A DNA stretch of 64,000 nucleotides from the NCBI GenBank assembly GCA_964016885.1, contig OZ024760.1, forward strand, positions 33,294,001 through 33,358,000, given 5' to 3'. Source of the stretch: Eledone cirrhosa (lineage: Eukaryota). Numbering within the stretch: the first letter of the stretch is position 1; each line of letters begins with the position of its first letter. Under the pieces are notes generated by a model, which saw nothing but the letters and a program-made list of their open reading frames with translations, was not told the DNA's origin and did not search any database. This document shows positions 29,965 through 49,548 of this stretch, in pieces. Both the position numbers and the translations under genes were made by a program.

Positions 29965-34720
<4,756 letters not shown>

Positions 34721-35411
34721 AAAACAAATAACGAAACGAAATTAAATTTCGTTTCGTTTGTAACTCACTTTTGTATGACTGACGCCTAAACAATTAAGTT
34801 AAAAATGTACATCTACATATGCATACTGAAATACTAGTGTGTATATGAATACACACACGTATACATATGTAGGTGTACCAAGTCTTTCACTGGTCGCTTT
34901 ACAGTGAGCGGCCCAGCTATTCTGTATGTAAACACACAGACAAACCGGTTTTTAGAGTCATACTGGTTTTTCGGGGGAACACCTTCCCCCTATTCTTCAG
35001 AAAGCCAGACAAGGAATATTGAACTAGTTTCGTTGTTGTTACAACTCATCAGCAATATTTACCTATCTACCGGCCTTTCTGGAGAATTGTAAAAGCACAT
35101 ATCGTTATATGCTTTTTCTATGAAAATTAGTAGTGGGCAGACTAATTTGCATAGAGTGTGAGTACGCACCGGTTCAGCGGAGACGATAAAAACAAATAAC
35201 GAAACGAAATTAAATTTCGTTTCGTTTGTAACTCACTTTTGTATGACTGACGCCTAAACAATTAAGTTAAAAATGTACATCTACATATGCATACTGAAAT
35301 ACTAGTGTGTATATGAATACACACACGTATACATATGTAGGTGTACCAAGTCTTTCACTGGTCGATTTACAGTGAGCGGCCCAGCTATTCTGTATGTAAA
35401 CACACAGACAA

Positions 35412-35413
<2 letters not shown>
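34721..35413 (-). mobile_element. Retrozyme-like element, 468-bp unit x about 1.5
   Basis: Sequence from 34721 repeats at 35189. One hammerhead per unit and no meaningful ORF. Shares motifs with the 466-bp array. Confidence 0.8.
35015..35059 (-). ncRNA. Minimal type I hammerhead
   Basis: aatattg CTGATGA gttgt-aaca-acaac GAAA cta GTT caatatt. Confidence 0.9.
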
Positions 35414-36504
<1,091 letters not shown>

Positions 36505-36759
36505 GTTATACTTTGGGAGGGTCATGTTGCCAATAAGAAACACACGCACCAGTTGCTTTCACTTCAATTTAATTTATTCTATATTTATAAATTTACAAAT
36601 TTATAAATTTCTGGTTGGTTGGTTGGTTCCACAACCAGATAGTTGTTTATATATATATAGTCATAGTTCTTTCCTCACACACTTTGTGACCTCTTCAGTG
36701 ACTGGGGATTTCTTTCTTCGTTTCTGTGCCTTTCCTTTCTTCTATCCTACGCCATTTTT
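36505..36759 (-). mobile_element. PLE-type 3'-end fragment (family of 16168-16485) with hammerhead at 36659-36703
   Basis: High identity to 16230-16462. Motif agtca CTGAAGA ggtcaca...tgtgag GAAA gaa CTA tgact. Confidence 0.75.
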
Positions 36760-37681
36760 GAAAAAGGGGAGGAAATGAGAGGGAGAGATGGGTGATAGAG
36801 AGAAAGAGATAGTTTTTATAACTGAGAGAAGATATATTGTTTTACATAGAGAGGTTGAAAACCGTTGGAAGATAATGTATAAATTAAAAGAATTTGAAAA
36901 TTAACGAAGGGAAAGATATGTACGAGGAAAAAATATTTTATTTAGGGAGGGGTGGTGGAAAGGATGAAAAAAGGGGGAGGAGATGAGAGTGAAGGTGGAG
37001 AGGGAGAGATGGGTGATAGAGAGAAAGAGATAGTTTTTATAACTGAGAAAAGATATATTGTTTTACATAGAGAGGTTGAGAACCGTTGGAAGATAATGTA
37101 TAAATTAAAAGAATTTGAAAATTAACGAAGGGAAAAATATTTGCGAGGAAAGAGAGGGAGTTTATGTATGAAGATAGAGAGAAAAAAATAATAATTGTGG
37201 ATGAATATTCTAACGTCAAAAAGGTGTATGTTGATAAGTATTGTGGCAATTTCAAAATTAACGAAGAGAAAAAATTATTAAGGTTTGTGTGTAGAAGGAT
37301 TTGAGAAAAATAATGTGAAGTTAAAGTTTGTATATTGAAGGAATTGATAATATGTGCGAAGAACGTGTTAATATGTATTAAGAATGAGTTCGTTGATGGG
37401 GAGAAAAAAATAATAAATTAAGGATGAAATTGAGATTAAAAAGTTTTATGATAGAGAGAAAAAATAATAATAATTGCGGATGAATATTCTAACGTCAAAA
37501 AAACAAATGTATATGTTATGAAGGATTTTACAAGGTGAAGATAGAAAGAGGGTAATGAGTAAACAAGTATTATAGAGTGTATAATGCCCTTTGAAGTAAG
37601 GTAGGAAGATGGGTATATTTTAAAGAGGTGTATGTATATGTGCCTTTGAGAAAAGATTCTAAATTGATAAAGAATTGAATA

Positions 37682-39256
37682 TTAACTGTATACTTTGTGA
37701 AAAGTCCTATGGAATTTATGCAGGCAGATAGAAAACAAATCTGTACGTCTATTTATTATAGAATCTAGATTAGAGATAATGGTAAATTTTTCATTTAGGC
37801 AGAGATTACAGATTTTAGATAGAGAGCTGTTCAAGTATGAGGATGCAGAAGAAACCTTCTTCCAAAAGATGGTATATTTAATGTTTTTGTCTTTCAAGGA
37901 CCATATGAGTTCTGAGAGAGCCGTGTTGGTTCTTTTAAGTTTGTATTTGAAAGATGAATGGTGATTATAGAGACGAGCTTTAAAAGAGGTGGAAGTGGAG
38001 CCAAAATAGGTGAAGGAATTGGTGCTAGTTATAACTTTACATTCATAAATTAAGTTTTTATCAAGGCAATGGTTGTTGAGAGGACATTTATTTTTAATGC
38101 GGCAGTTGCAATTAGAGAGATTATTAATGAGTGACCTAGTGTTATCTATAGAAGGAATTGGATTGGAGAAGTTGTTTGCGATAGGAATAATAGGAATAAT
38201 AGTTTCTTGATTTAGAGTTGGATTATGAACATTTAGCGAAGTTGTGTTTGACGTTGTATTTGGGTTTACAGAAGTTAGCCTAGGGTTTACAATGACGTCG
38301 GGAGTACTATTACTGTTATTATGAAATTCAATGTTGGAAGGAAGAGATTTAGTATTTAGTATTTTATTGTTGTGTTTAGAGATGATGTTGGAAATATTGG
38401 AGGATGTAGAATAAGAAAATTTGATGGTGTGTTTGTTAAATATTTTACTATAGATATGTGAGGGAGGGAAGCATTTATTTAAGGCACTAAAAAATAATTT
38501 AGGAATATTGTTATTAATAGAGATGGAGAAAGGAGCATTATACCAGATTATGTTTTTGTATCTAGGTCTTTTATTAAAATTATTGGAATGATCATGATTA
38601 ATTATTCTACTGTAAGTTTTTCTAGAATTTGTTTCTTTACTATATTTGATTTTATCTGGATAGCCGGCTTTAGAAAGTGCGTTATTATAGTAATTGGCGT
38701 TAGCATCAAATATGTTTTTATTAGAAGATATGTTAGATATTCTTTTTCCAATTTTACTAACTATAGCATTCTTGATATTGGTAGGATGGTTAGATTTAAA
38801 GTTAACATAATTTAGGTTCTCATTGTTTTTATGGTAAGTGTAATATAGGCCAGTGTCAAGATTAAGAGATACATCCAAGAAATTAGCTAGTTTGATACTA
38901 TTATCAAATTCAATTTTTAGGTTATGTTGGTTAAAGAGATTACGTATATTGTTCTTAATAATATTAAGGTTAACTATATTGCAATTTAAGATAGTAAAGA
39001 GTCCATCGTCACGATAAATTCCACCGCGAAGTTGAGGAATTTTCCGACTCAAAGAGTTCAAAATAAAGATACCAATTAAATCAGTCAATTGGGATGAATC
39101 GGATGCTCCCATTGTGATGTCGAAGTTGTTAGAGGTATCAGCTCTGGTCCAATATTCGTTGTTGAACTCTAGGATGGTTTTACGTGCGGTGAGGATGATG
39201 TGAAGTTCATCTGTGGTGATGTCAGAATATTTAAGTGCGAAAGATAGAGCATTATT
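37682..39256 (-). CDS. PLE RT (C-terminal part) + GIY-YIG, open but 5'-truncated
   Basis: MGASDSSQ, GGIYRDDG, NFLDVSLNL, CNCRIKNKCPLNNHC, LIY...YFG, CNLC. Confidence 0.9.
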   Translation of the reverse strand, partial: NNALSFALKYSDITTDELHIILTARKTILEFNNEYWTRADTSNNFDITMGASDSSQLTDLIGIFILNSLSRKIPQLRGGIYRDDGLFTILNCNIVNLNIIKNNIRNLFNQHNLKIEFDNSIKLANFLDVSLNLDTGLYYTYHKNNENLNYVNFKSNHPTNIKNAIVSKIGKRISNISSNKNIFDANANYYNNALSKAGYPDKIKYSKETNSRKTYSRIINHDHSNNFNKRPRYKNIIWYNAPFSISINNNIPKLFFSALNKCFPPSHIYSKIFNKHTIKFSYSTSSNISNIISKHNNKILNTKSLPSNIEFHNNSNSTPDVIVNPRLTSVNPNTTSNTTSLNVHNPTLNQETIIPIIPIANNFSNPIPSIDNTRSLINNLSNCNCRIKNKCPLNNHCLDKNLIYECKVITSTNSFTYFGSTSTSFKARLYNHHSSFKYKLKRTNTALSELIWSLKDKNIKYTIFWKKVSSASSYLNSSLSKICNLCLNEKFTIISNLDSIINRRTDLFSICLHKFHRTFHKVYS

Positions 39257-39259
39257 GGC

Positions 39260-40924
39260 TGGTTCAACAAATTGGATAATAAAAACAAACTAAAATTTAT
39301 TCAATTTGATATTGCCAGCTACTATTCCTCCATTTCGCCTTCACTTCTCAATAATGCTCTATCTTTCGCACTTAAATATTCTGACATCACCACAGATGAA
39401 CTTCACATCATCCTCACCGCACGTAAAACCATCCTAGAGTTCAACAACGAATATTGGACCAGAGCCAATACCTCTAACAACTTCGACATCACAATGGGAG
39501 CATCCGATTCATCCCAATTGACTGATTTAATTGGTATCTTTATTTTGAACTCTTTGAGTCGGAAAATTCCTCAACTTCGCGGTGGAATTTATCGTGACGA
39601 TGGACTCTTTACTATCTTAAATTGCAATATAGTTAACCTTAATATTATTAAGAACAATATACGTAATCTCTTTAACCAACATAACCTAAAGATTGAATTT
39701 GATAATAGTATCAAACTAGCTAATTTCTTGGATGTATCTCTTAATCTTGACACTGGCCTATATTACCCTTACCATTAAAACAATGAGAACCTAAATTATG
39801 TTAACTTTAAATCTAACCATCCTACCAATATCAAGAATGCTATAGTTAGTAATATTGGAAAAAGAATATCTAACATATCTTCTAATAAAAACATATTTGA
39901 TGCTAACGCCAATTACTATAATAACGCACTTTCTAAAGCCGGCTATCCAGATAAAATCAAATATAGTAAAGAAACAAATTCTAGAAAAACTTACAGTAGA
40001 ATAATTAATCATGATCATTCCAATAATTTTAATAAAAGACCTAGATACAAAAACATAATCTGGTATAATGCTCCTTTCTCCATCTCTATTAATAACAATA
40101 TTCCTAAATTATTTTTTAGTGCCTTAAATAAATGCTTCCCTCCCTCACATATCTATAGTAAAATATTTAACAAACACACCATCAAATTTTCTTATTCTAC
40201 ATCCTCCAATATTTCCAACATCATCTCTAAACACAACAATAAAATACTAAATACTAAATCTCTTCCTTCCAACATTGAATTTCATAATAACAGTAATAGT
40301 ACTCCCGACGTCATTGTAAACCCTAGGCTAACTTCTGTAAACCCAAATACAACGTCAAACACAACTTCGCTAAATGTTCATAATCCAACTCTAAATCAAG
40401 AAACTATTATTCCTATTATTCCTATCGCAAACAACTTCTCCAATCCAATTCCTTCTATAGATAACACTAGGTCACTCATTAATAATCTCTCTAATTGCAA
40501 CTGCCGCATTAAAAATAAATGTCCTCTCAACAACCATTGCCTTGATAAAAACTTAATTTATGAATGTAAAGTTATAACTAGCACCAATTCCTTCACCTAT
40601 TTTGGCTCCACTTCCACCTCTTTTAAAGCTCGTCTCTATAATCACCATTCATCTTTCAAATACAAACTTAAAAGAACCAACACGGCTCTCTCAGAACTCA
40701 TATGGTCCTTGAAAGACAAAAACATTAAATATACCATCTTTTGGAAGAAGGTTTCTTCTGCATCCTCATACTTGAACAGCTCTCTATCTAAAATCTGTAA
40801 TCTCTGCCTAAATGAAAAATTTACCATTATCTCTAATCTAGATTCTATAATAAATAGACGTACAGATTTGTTTTCTATCTGCCTGCATAAATTCCATAGG
40901 ACTTTTCACAAAGTATACAGTTAA
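39260..40924 (+). pseudogene. Same PLE ORF on the + arm, with TAA at 39776-39778
   Basis: WFNKLDNKNKLKFIQFDI...YRDD...; the AAA codon of the minus arm is TAA here. Confidence 0.9.
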
Positions 40925-41984
40925 TATTCAATTCTTTATCAATTTAGAATCTTTTCTCAAAGGCACATATACATACACCTCTTTAAAATATACCCATCTT
41001 CCTACCTTACTTCAAAGGGCATTATACACTCTATAATACTTGTTTACTCATTACCCTCTTTCTATCTTCACCTTGTAAAATCCTTCATAACATATACATT
41101 TGTTTTTTTGACGTTAGAATATTCATCCGCAATTATTATTATTTTTTCTCTCTATCATAAAACTTTTTAATCTCAATTTCATCCTTAATTTATTATTTTT
41201 TTCTCCCCATCAACGAACTCATTCTTAATACATATTAACACGTTCTTCGCACATATTATCAATTCCTTCAATATACAAACTTTAACTTCACATTATTTTT
41301 CTCAAATCCTTCTACACACAAACCTTAATAATTTTTTCTCTTCGTTAATTTTGAAATTGCCACAATACTTATCAACATACACCTTTTTGACGTTAGAATA
41401 TTCATCCACAATTATTATTTTTTTCTCTCTATCTTCATACATAAACTCCCTCTCTTTCCTCGCAAATATTTTTCCCTTCGTTAATTTCCAAATTCTTTTA
41501 ATTTATACATTATCTTCCAACGGTTCTCAACCTCTCTATGTAAAACAATATATCTTTTCTCAGTTATAAAAACTATCTCTTTCTCTCTATCACCCATCTC
41601 TCCCTCTCCACCTTCACTCTCATCTCCTCCCCCTTTTTTCATCCTTTCCACCACCCCTCCCTAAATAAAATATTTTTTCCTCGTACATATCTTTCCCTTC
41701 GTTAATTTTCAAATTCTTTTAATTTATACATTATCTTCCAACGGTTTTCAACCTCTCTATGTAAAACAATATATCTTCTCTCAGTTATAAAAACTATCTC
41801 TTTCTCTCTATCACCCATCTCTCCCTCTCATCTCCTCCCCTTTTTCATCCTTTCCACCCCCACCCCCCTCTCTAAATAAAATATTTTTCCCAATATCACA
41901 CATCAATCTAAAACCACTTTTCATATGTTGATTTAAAACTGCACTATCCACAAGTGTTTTTTAGCCTTCATATCATGTTCTCCT

Positions 41985-42053
41985 GTTTTATCTGATGAAA
42001 ACACAAATATTATTGCATGATGATGTTTGTTTTTGAAATGCGCATAATAAAAT
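41985..42053 (+). ncRNA. Type I hammerhead, palindromic stem III
   Basis: gttttat CTGATGA aaacacaaatattat...gatgtttgttttt GAAA tgcgc ATA ataaaat. Confidence 0.8.
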
Positions 42054-42099
42054 ACATGGAACTCCTTTGACCATCTTTTGATCTTATATTATATATATG

Positions 42100-42307
<208 letters not shown>

Positions 42308-42341
42308 TATACATATATACATATATATATATATACATATA

Positions 42342-43795
42342 TGTACGATATTAAACAAATGGAAACTATATTTATAAAACCATATTTATTTCATTATACA
42401 TATTTCAGGGATACCATATTAAAAATATGGCATGCCTTCTTCAGATAAAATACAATATATAAGCAGTTTTATAAATAAATTTGACGCACCATAAATATTG
42501 AACAACTTCCATTTAAGAGGTTGGTTTAGTAGTGAAATGTTTATAAATATTTAGTGTTAAGCCCAGTTAGAAAGAAAGACGCAGAAAAGGAAGAAATGTA
42601 TGTAAAGAAAAACAGAGAGAGATAGAGAGAGAAATAGTGAGGAGGTGAAAAATGAGAGGCAGCTGAGGCAACAGATGAATAATAATAATTCATCATACAA
42701 ATTGAGAGATTTAGGAGGGAGGGAGTACTGTAATTATTTATTTATTTATTTATTTAGTTATAGTGTTAAGGAGACGGAGAGAAATAAAAAATAAATAAAG
42801 AGAAAACAGAGAGGTAGAGAAAGATAGAGGTGGGGGGGGGGGGGGGAAAGAGGTAGACCGAATAATAATAATTATACATGGGGAGGTGAGAGAAATAGAG
42901 CAGAGGTAAGAGAGAAAACAATAGAGAAGCTCGAGAGGTAAAGTTAAAGCAGCCGATACTTAAATTTTATCATGTATAGAGGGAGGAGAAGAAAGAGCTA
43001 TATCTAGAGAGAAGGATGACAGATTTACAACTTTACGTTATGTCCTATCAATTTATATTATCAATTCATATGAATTGGGTATTATAATGTAAATATCAAT
43101 ATTCATGAATGAGACATAGATATATAATGTTGTGAAAAATAATGACCATATGTTTAGTTTTAAAAATTCTTAGGTCGATATACCAAAAACTGAGATAAAA
43201 CTTCAAAAAATACGGAAATACATAAGTATATATGTACTTTCCGGAAAAAGAAAGAAAGAGAAAAAGAGAAGGTCATCTCAAGTTCTAGTTGACACTATAG
43301 ACATACACGTGAACTTACGTGATCAGCTCTGTAATTTCTTATTTCACACGAAAAAATTTTTTCCCTTGCGTTATAAAAGATTTTACTATATATATATATA
43401 CATACATACATATACATAAAAATATATATTAATATTAATATTCCTGCCCTCACATACATGATTATCGTTCATGTATAGAATAGACAACAGATATTAATAT
43501 ATCAAAACGCTAAGAATACTTTCATCACTCCCTAGAGTATCTAGGGCCGTAAAAAACACAGTATGCCCCCCATATCAACCACATAAATCTACCCTTCCAA
43601 TTTATCTGACAATATATTGCCAAGTTCATTAGAAGCAATCAGAATCAAAAAACAAACAAAAACCCAAAATTATTCAACAAAACTTATTTAGCAGAAATCA
43701 TTTAAAAGATTTCGGAGACCCTGTTGTTCTACAGATGCTCTTATATTTAGTATAGAAGTTTATCTAGAGTAAAATTTATTCAATAGATTGGGAGC
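42342..43795 (-). mobile_element. Non-coding PLE-type 3' region in (TA)n
   Basis: Hammerhead near the left (3') end and a purine-skewed UTR like family C. The terminus is related to 53185-53567. Confidence 0.65.
42387..42452 (-). ncRNA. Type I hammerhead
   Basis: tattttat CTGAAGA aggcatgccatatt...aatatggtatccct GAAA tatgt ATA atgaaata. Confidence 0.75.
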
Positions 43796-44600
<805 letters not shown>

Positions 44601-44948
44601 TACACTCTTTACCTCCTTTCTTTCCGCATCTAAGTGTACGAGTGTCCAGGCGTTTTTATGCGCGCGACTTTATATTCTTATATTTACGATGTAACCATTT
44701 CTGTCTGTATAATACAGACATATAGATACACTTGCCCTAAATTTTTATAATTACGCACACTTTCTAACTATACATTTACATGTGCATATATACATATATG
44801 CACATCTGTGAGCGTATATACATACACATACACACACCTAACTATTTTTCTTGATAGATTTTTATATATTTCAATTTCTATTTCATTTATCTATATACTT
44901 TTTTGATTTTCTTGATGTGTTTTGCTAAGTATTTGCCCATGTTTTATA

Positions 44949-45024
44949 TTGCCTCGTCTGACGAACGAATGAAGTCGTTTATTTCGTATTCGCCTCATTC
45001 GGGAAACCTCTGGTAATTAGGTAA
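44949..45024 (+). ncRNA. Type I hammerhead (5' pLTR)
   Basis: ttgcctcgt CTGACGA acgaatga...tcattcgg GAAA cctctg GTA attaggtaa. Confidence 0.8.
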
Positions 45025-45243
45025 TAATATTGTATTGATTTTATACATTAAATTTTGCTCTGACACTGACATAGAGCACTCTTCATTTCTATGACTTTTT
45101 CTGTTTCTAACTGAAATTTCAATACTTATAAAGCTCCCAAGGGAATGATCGTAGCATATTCTACATCGTTATGAGATTGGCACCTTCCAGCCCTTTTTAA
45201 GTCGAGCACTCTCCAGTCATAGGATTTTAAACCAATACCGAAT

Positions 45244-47391
45244 ATGGACAAATACCCTTTGGACTACTCTGTAAAGAATATCCCAACACCTTCTAATACT
45301 CTCTACACGAAAATACTGATAGACAAAGTAGAGAAGGTTGTTAAAAGAATGAGATGGAAAGCTTTGATTCTCGATGGTCAATTTAACACGGATTCTACGG
45401 AACATTTTGACATCAAAACTCACAAATACCCGCAAAGAGTAAAAGATATGACCGCCTTTGAATTAGACCTAGTTAACCTTATCAACAACATCAATTTTCG
45501 TAAGTACTCTAACCCCTTTCAATCCAAATTATCTAATGATATTTCTACTTTCAAATCTTCTAATAATAAGTTCATCTTCTCAGATAAAACTAAAAACCTA
45601 TATGAAGTTAATAATAATTTACACGACCAACTATTAATAGATAATATCACCTCTAAATACCAAATAGCTAATATAAATATGTACCATAATATAAATAAGG
45701 AAGCTAAAGAATTAGCTGTTTCTTTAAAAATAGATAATAGGACAGAAAAACTTGCTAAACGTTCTGAGTATATCACCCTTAAAGATCATAAACCCGACTT
45801 TATTAATCGCCCTAGTTGTAGATTAATCAACCCTGCTAAGACTGACATTGGTCTTGCCAGTAAAAAAATTTTAAATAAATTAAATACATATATTAGAAGT
45901 AAGTCTAAATTACTCCAATGGATAAATAGCTCTTCCGTAGTACATTGGTTTAATAATATTAAGAACAAAATCAGTTCTAGATTCACCCAATTTGATATCG
46001 TAGATTTCTACCCATCTATTACTCAGACCATTTTAGTGAAAGCTTTAAATTTCGCTAGAGGGTTCACTAATATCTCCGATATTGAAGAGGATGTAATCTT
46101 GCATGCTAGGAACACTCTTCTTTTTAATGATAATGACACTTGGGTAAAAATATCTAACCCAGAGAACCCATTCGATGTCTCAATGGGCTCTTATGACAGT
46201 GCCGAGGTTTGTGATCTGGTCGGCCTATTCCTCTTGCATACACTTAAAGAAAAATTTCCTAACCATATTTTTGGGCTTTATCGCGATGATGGTCTAATAC
46301 TTTCCCATACCACCATAGGCCATAACTTAGATAGATTAAGGAAAGACTTAATAAAAACCTTTGCTAGTTTTAATCTTAAAATTACTATTGATACTAACCT
46401 GTCCAACGTAGATTTCCTAGATATAAACTTAGATTTGCCTACTGCTTCTTATAAACCATACCATAAACCTAATGAAAACTTAAAATATATAAATAAAGGA
46501 TCTTGCCATCCACCTATAGTTTTTAAAAACCTTATCCCTAATATTAGCCGTAGGATCTCCACCCTCTCTTCATCAGAAGCTATTTTCAATAAGGCATCCC
46601 CCTACTATAATATAGCCCTCCAAAATAGCGGCTTTAGCGAACCGATTAAATACATACCTAACTACACTAAATCTATTAAACATAAAAATAGGAAAAGAAA
46701 AATAATCTGGTTCACCCCCCCCCCCCCCCCCTACTCTCTAGCAGTTAAAACTAATGTAGGCAAAAAATTCATAGAACTCCTAGATAAACATTTCCCTAGA
46801 ACACATAGATACTATAAGATCTTTAACAGAAACTGTGTTAAAATTAGCTATTCCTGCGGTCCCCCTATTAAGTCCTATATCCTCAACAAAATTTCACCTA
46901 GAGAAAATCAAACTTGCTCCTGTAGAATCAAAAGTGAATGCCCATTACAAGGTAAATGCAACACCAAAGCCATTGTATATGCGGCTAATGTGACAACCAT
47001 CAGCAACAACCATCCAGTCACCAGTGAACGATAAGTGGGTATGACGCAAGACAGATTCAAAACGCGTTATTACTCACATGTCGCATCCTTTCGACATCCA
47101 GAAAAAAGATTTACAACAGCTCTGGCTAGAAGAATCTGGGATTTGAAAGTCCAAGGCATCCAATATAAACTAGATTGGTCAATTTTGAACCAATCTAAAA
47201 AATATGCTAGAGGAACAAGAAAATGCACGCTCTGCATAAACGAAAAATTTTGGATATTGCAAAATCTTAAATCACCAAAGACCTGCCTGAACACAAAGAC
47301 GGAAATTTTTACCAGCTGCCCACACATGAAATCACACCTGCTTTCCAGCTCATATAAACTTAACACACTTTCAGATACTTATCCTCCATAA
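45244..47391 (+). pseudogene. PLE RT + GIY-YIG ORF; single TAA (47032-47034) at the Y of the YVG motif
   Basis: YSVKNIP, RMRWKA, SDKT, LKDHK, QFDIVDFYPSI, MGSYDSAE, GLYRDDG, CSCRIKSECPLQGKC, IVY...ER*VG, CTLC. Confidence 0.95.
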
Positions 47392-48599
47392 ACTCTTATT
47401 ATTCTCTTTTTAATTACCCTTTCCGACTTACTTTCATTCTTATCCTTGTCAATAATTTCATTTATTTTCACTTTTATTTATTTTTACTTCACCCCCCCCC
47501 CCCTTTTATTCTCCGATCCACTTCCTATTTTCTATTTTTTACTTCCCCTTCTTTTACTTCCCTTTTCCTCCAATAACTGATTATACTTGTCTTTTGTGTT
47601 TTTCAATCCAGATATATTTTTCATTTTTATTTTAATTTTATTTTTGCGCAGCCTATCTTACAATTTTATACTTGTACTTATTTATCCACATTTCAATATG
47701 GCTGAACGCCTTAATGTGTGTATACTTTTTATATATGTACATGAGTGACTACGTATGTGCGCGCGCGTGCGTGTATGTATGTGTATATATATATATATAT
47801 ATATATGTGCGCGTATGTATGTGTGTGTGTATAGGTGTTTGTGTGTGTGTGTATGTATATATTATGCGTATGTGTAGTTGTTTTTATATCCGTGTTTTTG
47901 ACATTTCGTTTTTATGTTTTTGTTCCTTTTTTCTTCTCCCCCGCTTCCCTCTTTTGTTACTTACTCAGTTTCATACGTGGGCATGCAAATAGGTTTATAT
48001 GCGCTAGTATAAGTATGTGTGTGTGTGTGTGTGTATGTACGTATCGAACGTATGGAAGTGTAATTGCGCGTGTGTATATAAGCATAATTATTTTTACATT
48101 TCTTTTGTGAGACACGCGTGTCTGTGTATGTATGTACCCCCCCCCCCTTTTTTTGTTTTCTTTAATTTTTTCTTTCTATCTTTTCTTTCTAATTTATCGT
48201 TACTATATTTTTATAAATATATCGAGACCGATACTTTTCTTTTAATTATTATACACTCTTTACCTCCTTTCTTTCCGCATCTAAGTGTACGAGTGTCCAG
48301 GCGTTTTTATGCGCGCGACTTTATATTCTTATATTTACGATGTAACAATTTCTGTCTGTATAATACAGACATATAGATACACTTGCCCTAAATTTTTATA
48401 ATTACGCACACTTTCTAACTATACATTTACATGTGCATATATACATATATGCACATCTGTGAGCGTATATACATACACATACACACACCTAACTATTTTT
48501 CTTGATAGATTTTTATATATTTCAATTTCTATTTCATTTATCTATATATTTTTTTGATTTTCTTGATGTGTTTTGCTAAGTATTTGCCCATGTTTTATA

Positions 48600-48675
48600 T
48601 TGCCTCGTCTGACGAACGAATGAAGTCGTTTATTTCGTATTCGCCTCATTCGGGAAACCTCTGGTAATGAGGTAA
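48600..48675 (+). ncRNA. Type I hammerhead (3' pLTR)
   Basis: Same motif with a fully paired stem I (ttgcctcgt/atgaggtaa). Confidence 0.85.
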
Positions 48676-48699
48676 TAATATTGTATTGATTTTATACAT

Positions 48700-48732
<33 letters not shown>

Positions 48733-48779
48733 GTATATATATATGTATATATATATGTATATATATATATATGTATATA

Positions 48780-49157
<378 letters not shown>

Positions 49158-49179
49158 ATATATATATATATATATGTAG

Positions 49180-49211
<32 letters not shown>

Positions 49212-49213
49212 AA

Positions 49214-49321
<108 letters not shown>

Positions 49322-49329
49322 GTATGTAC

Positions 49330-49487
<158 letters not shown>

Positions 49488-49548
49488 ATATATATATATA
49501 TATATGCATATATATAAGTATATATATATATATATGTATATATATATA

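Larger units (their letters stand above)
28426..29966. mobile_element. Non-autonomous or decayed PLE with inverted arms and three hammerheads
   Basis: Inverted arms 28426-28679 / 29646-29898. Direct repeat 29176-29326 / 29488-29638. Confidence 0.7.
36760..42090. mobile_element. Naiad-type PLE (family C), 5'-truncated, with 2498-bp head-to-head inverted duplication
   Basis: Arms 36760-39257 and 39349-41846 with a 91-bp spacer. A 221-bp tandem duplication lies in the UTR. The + arm continues to a hammerhead and (TA)n. Confidence 0.93.
44601..48701 (+). mobile_element. Full-length Naiad-type PLE (family E) with 450-bp direct pLTRs
   Basis: pLTRs 44601-45050 and 48252-48701 (offset 3651), each with a hammerhead. 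Single ORF. (TA)n on both sides. Confidence 0.96.

Noticed and set aside
45019-45216. Possible PLE 5' intron (AG|GTAATA ... CTCCAG)
   Set aside because: Plausible for PLEs, but the splice signals are weak and cannot be supported without RNA data.
47032-47034. Possible stop-codon readthrough in family E (and at 33470, 39776, 61936)
   Set aside because: TAA/TAG are one substitution from the expected Tyr, Gln or Lys codon, and sister copies show the sense codon where available. Ordinary decay.
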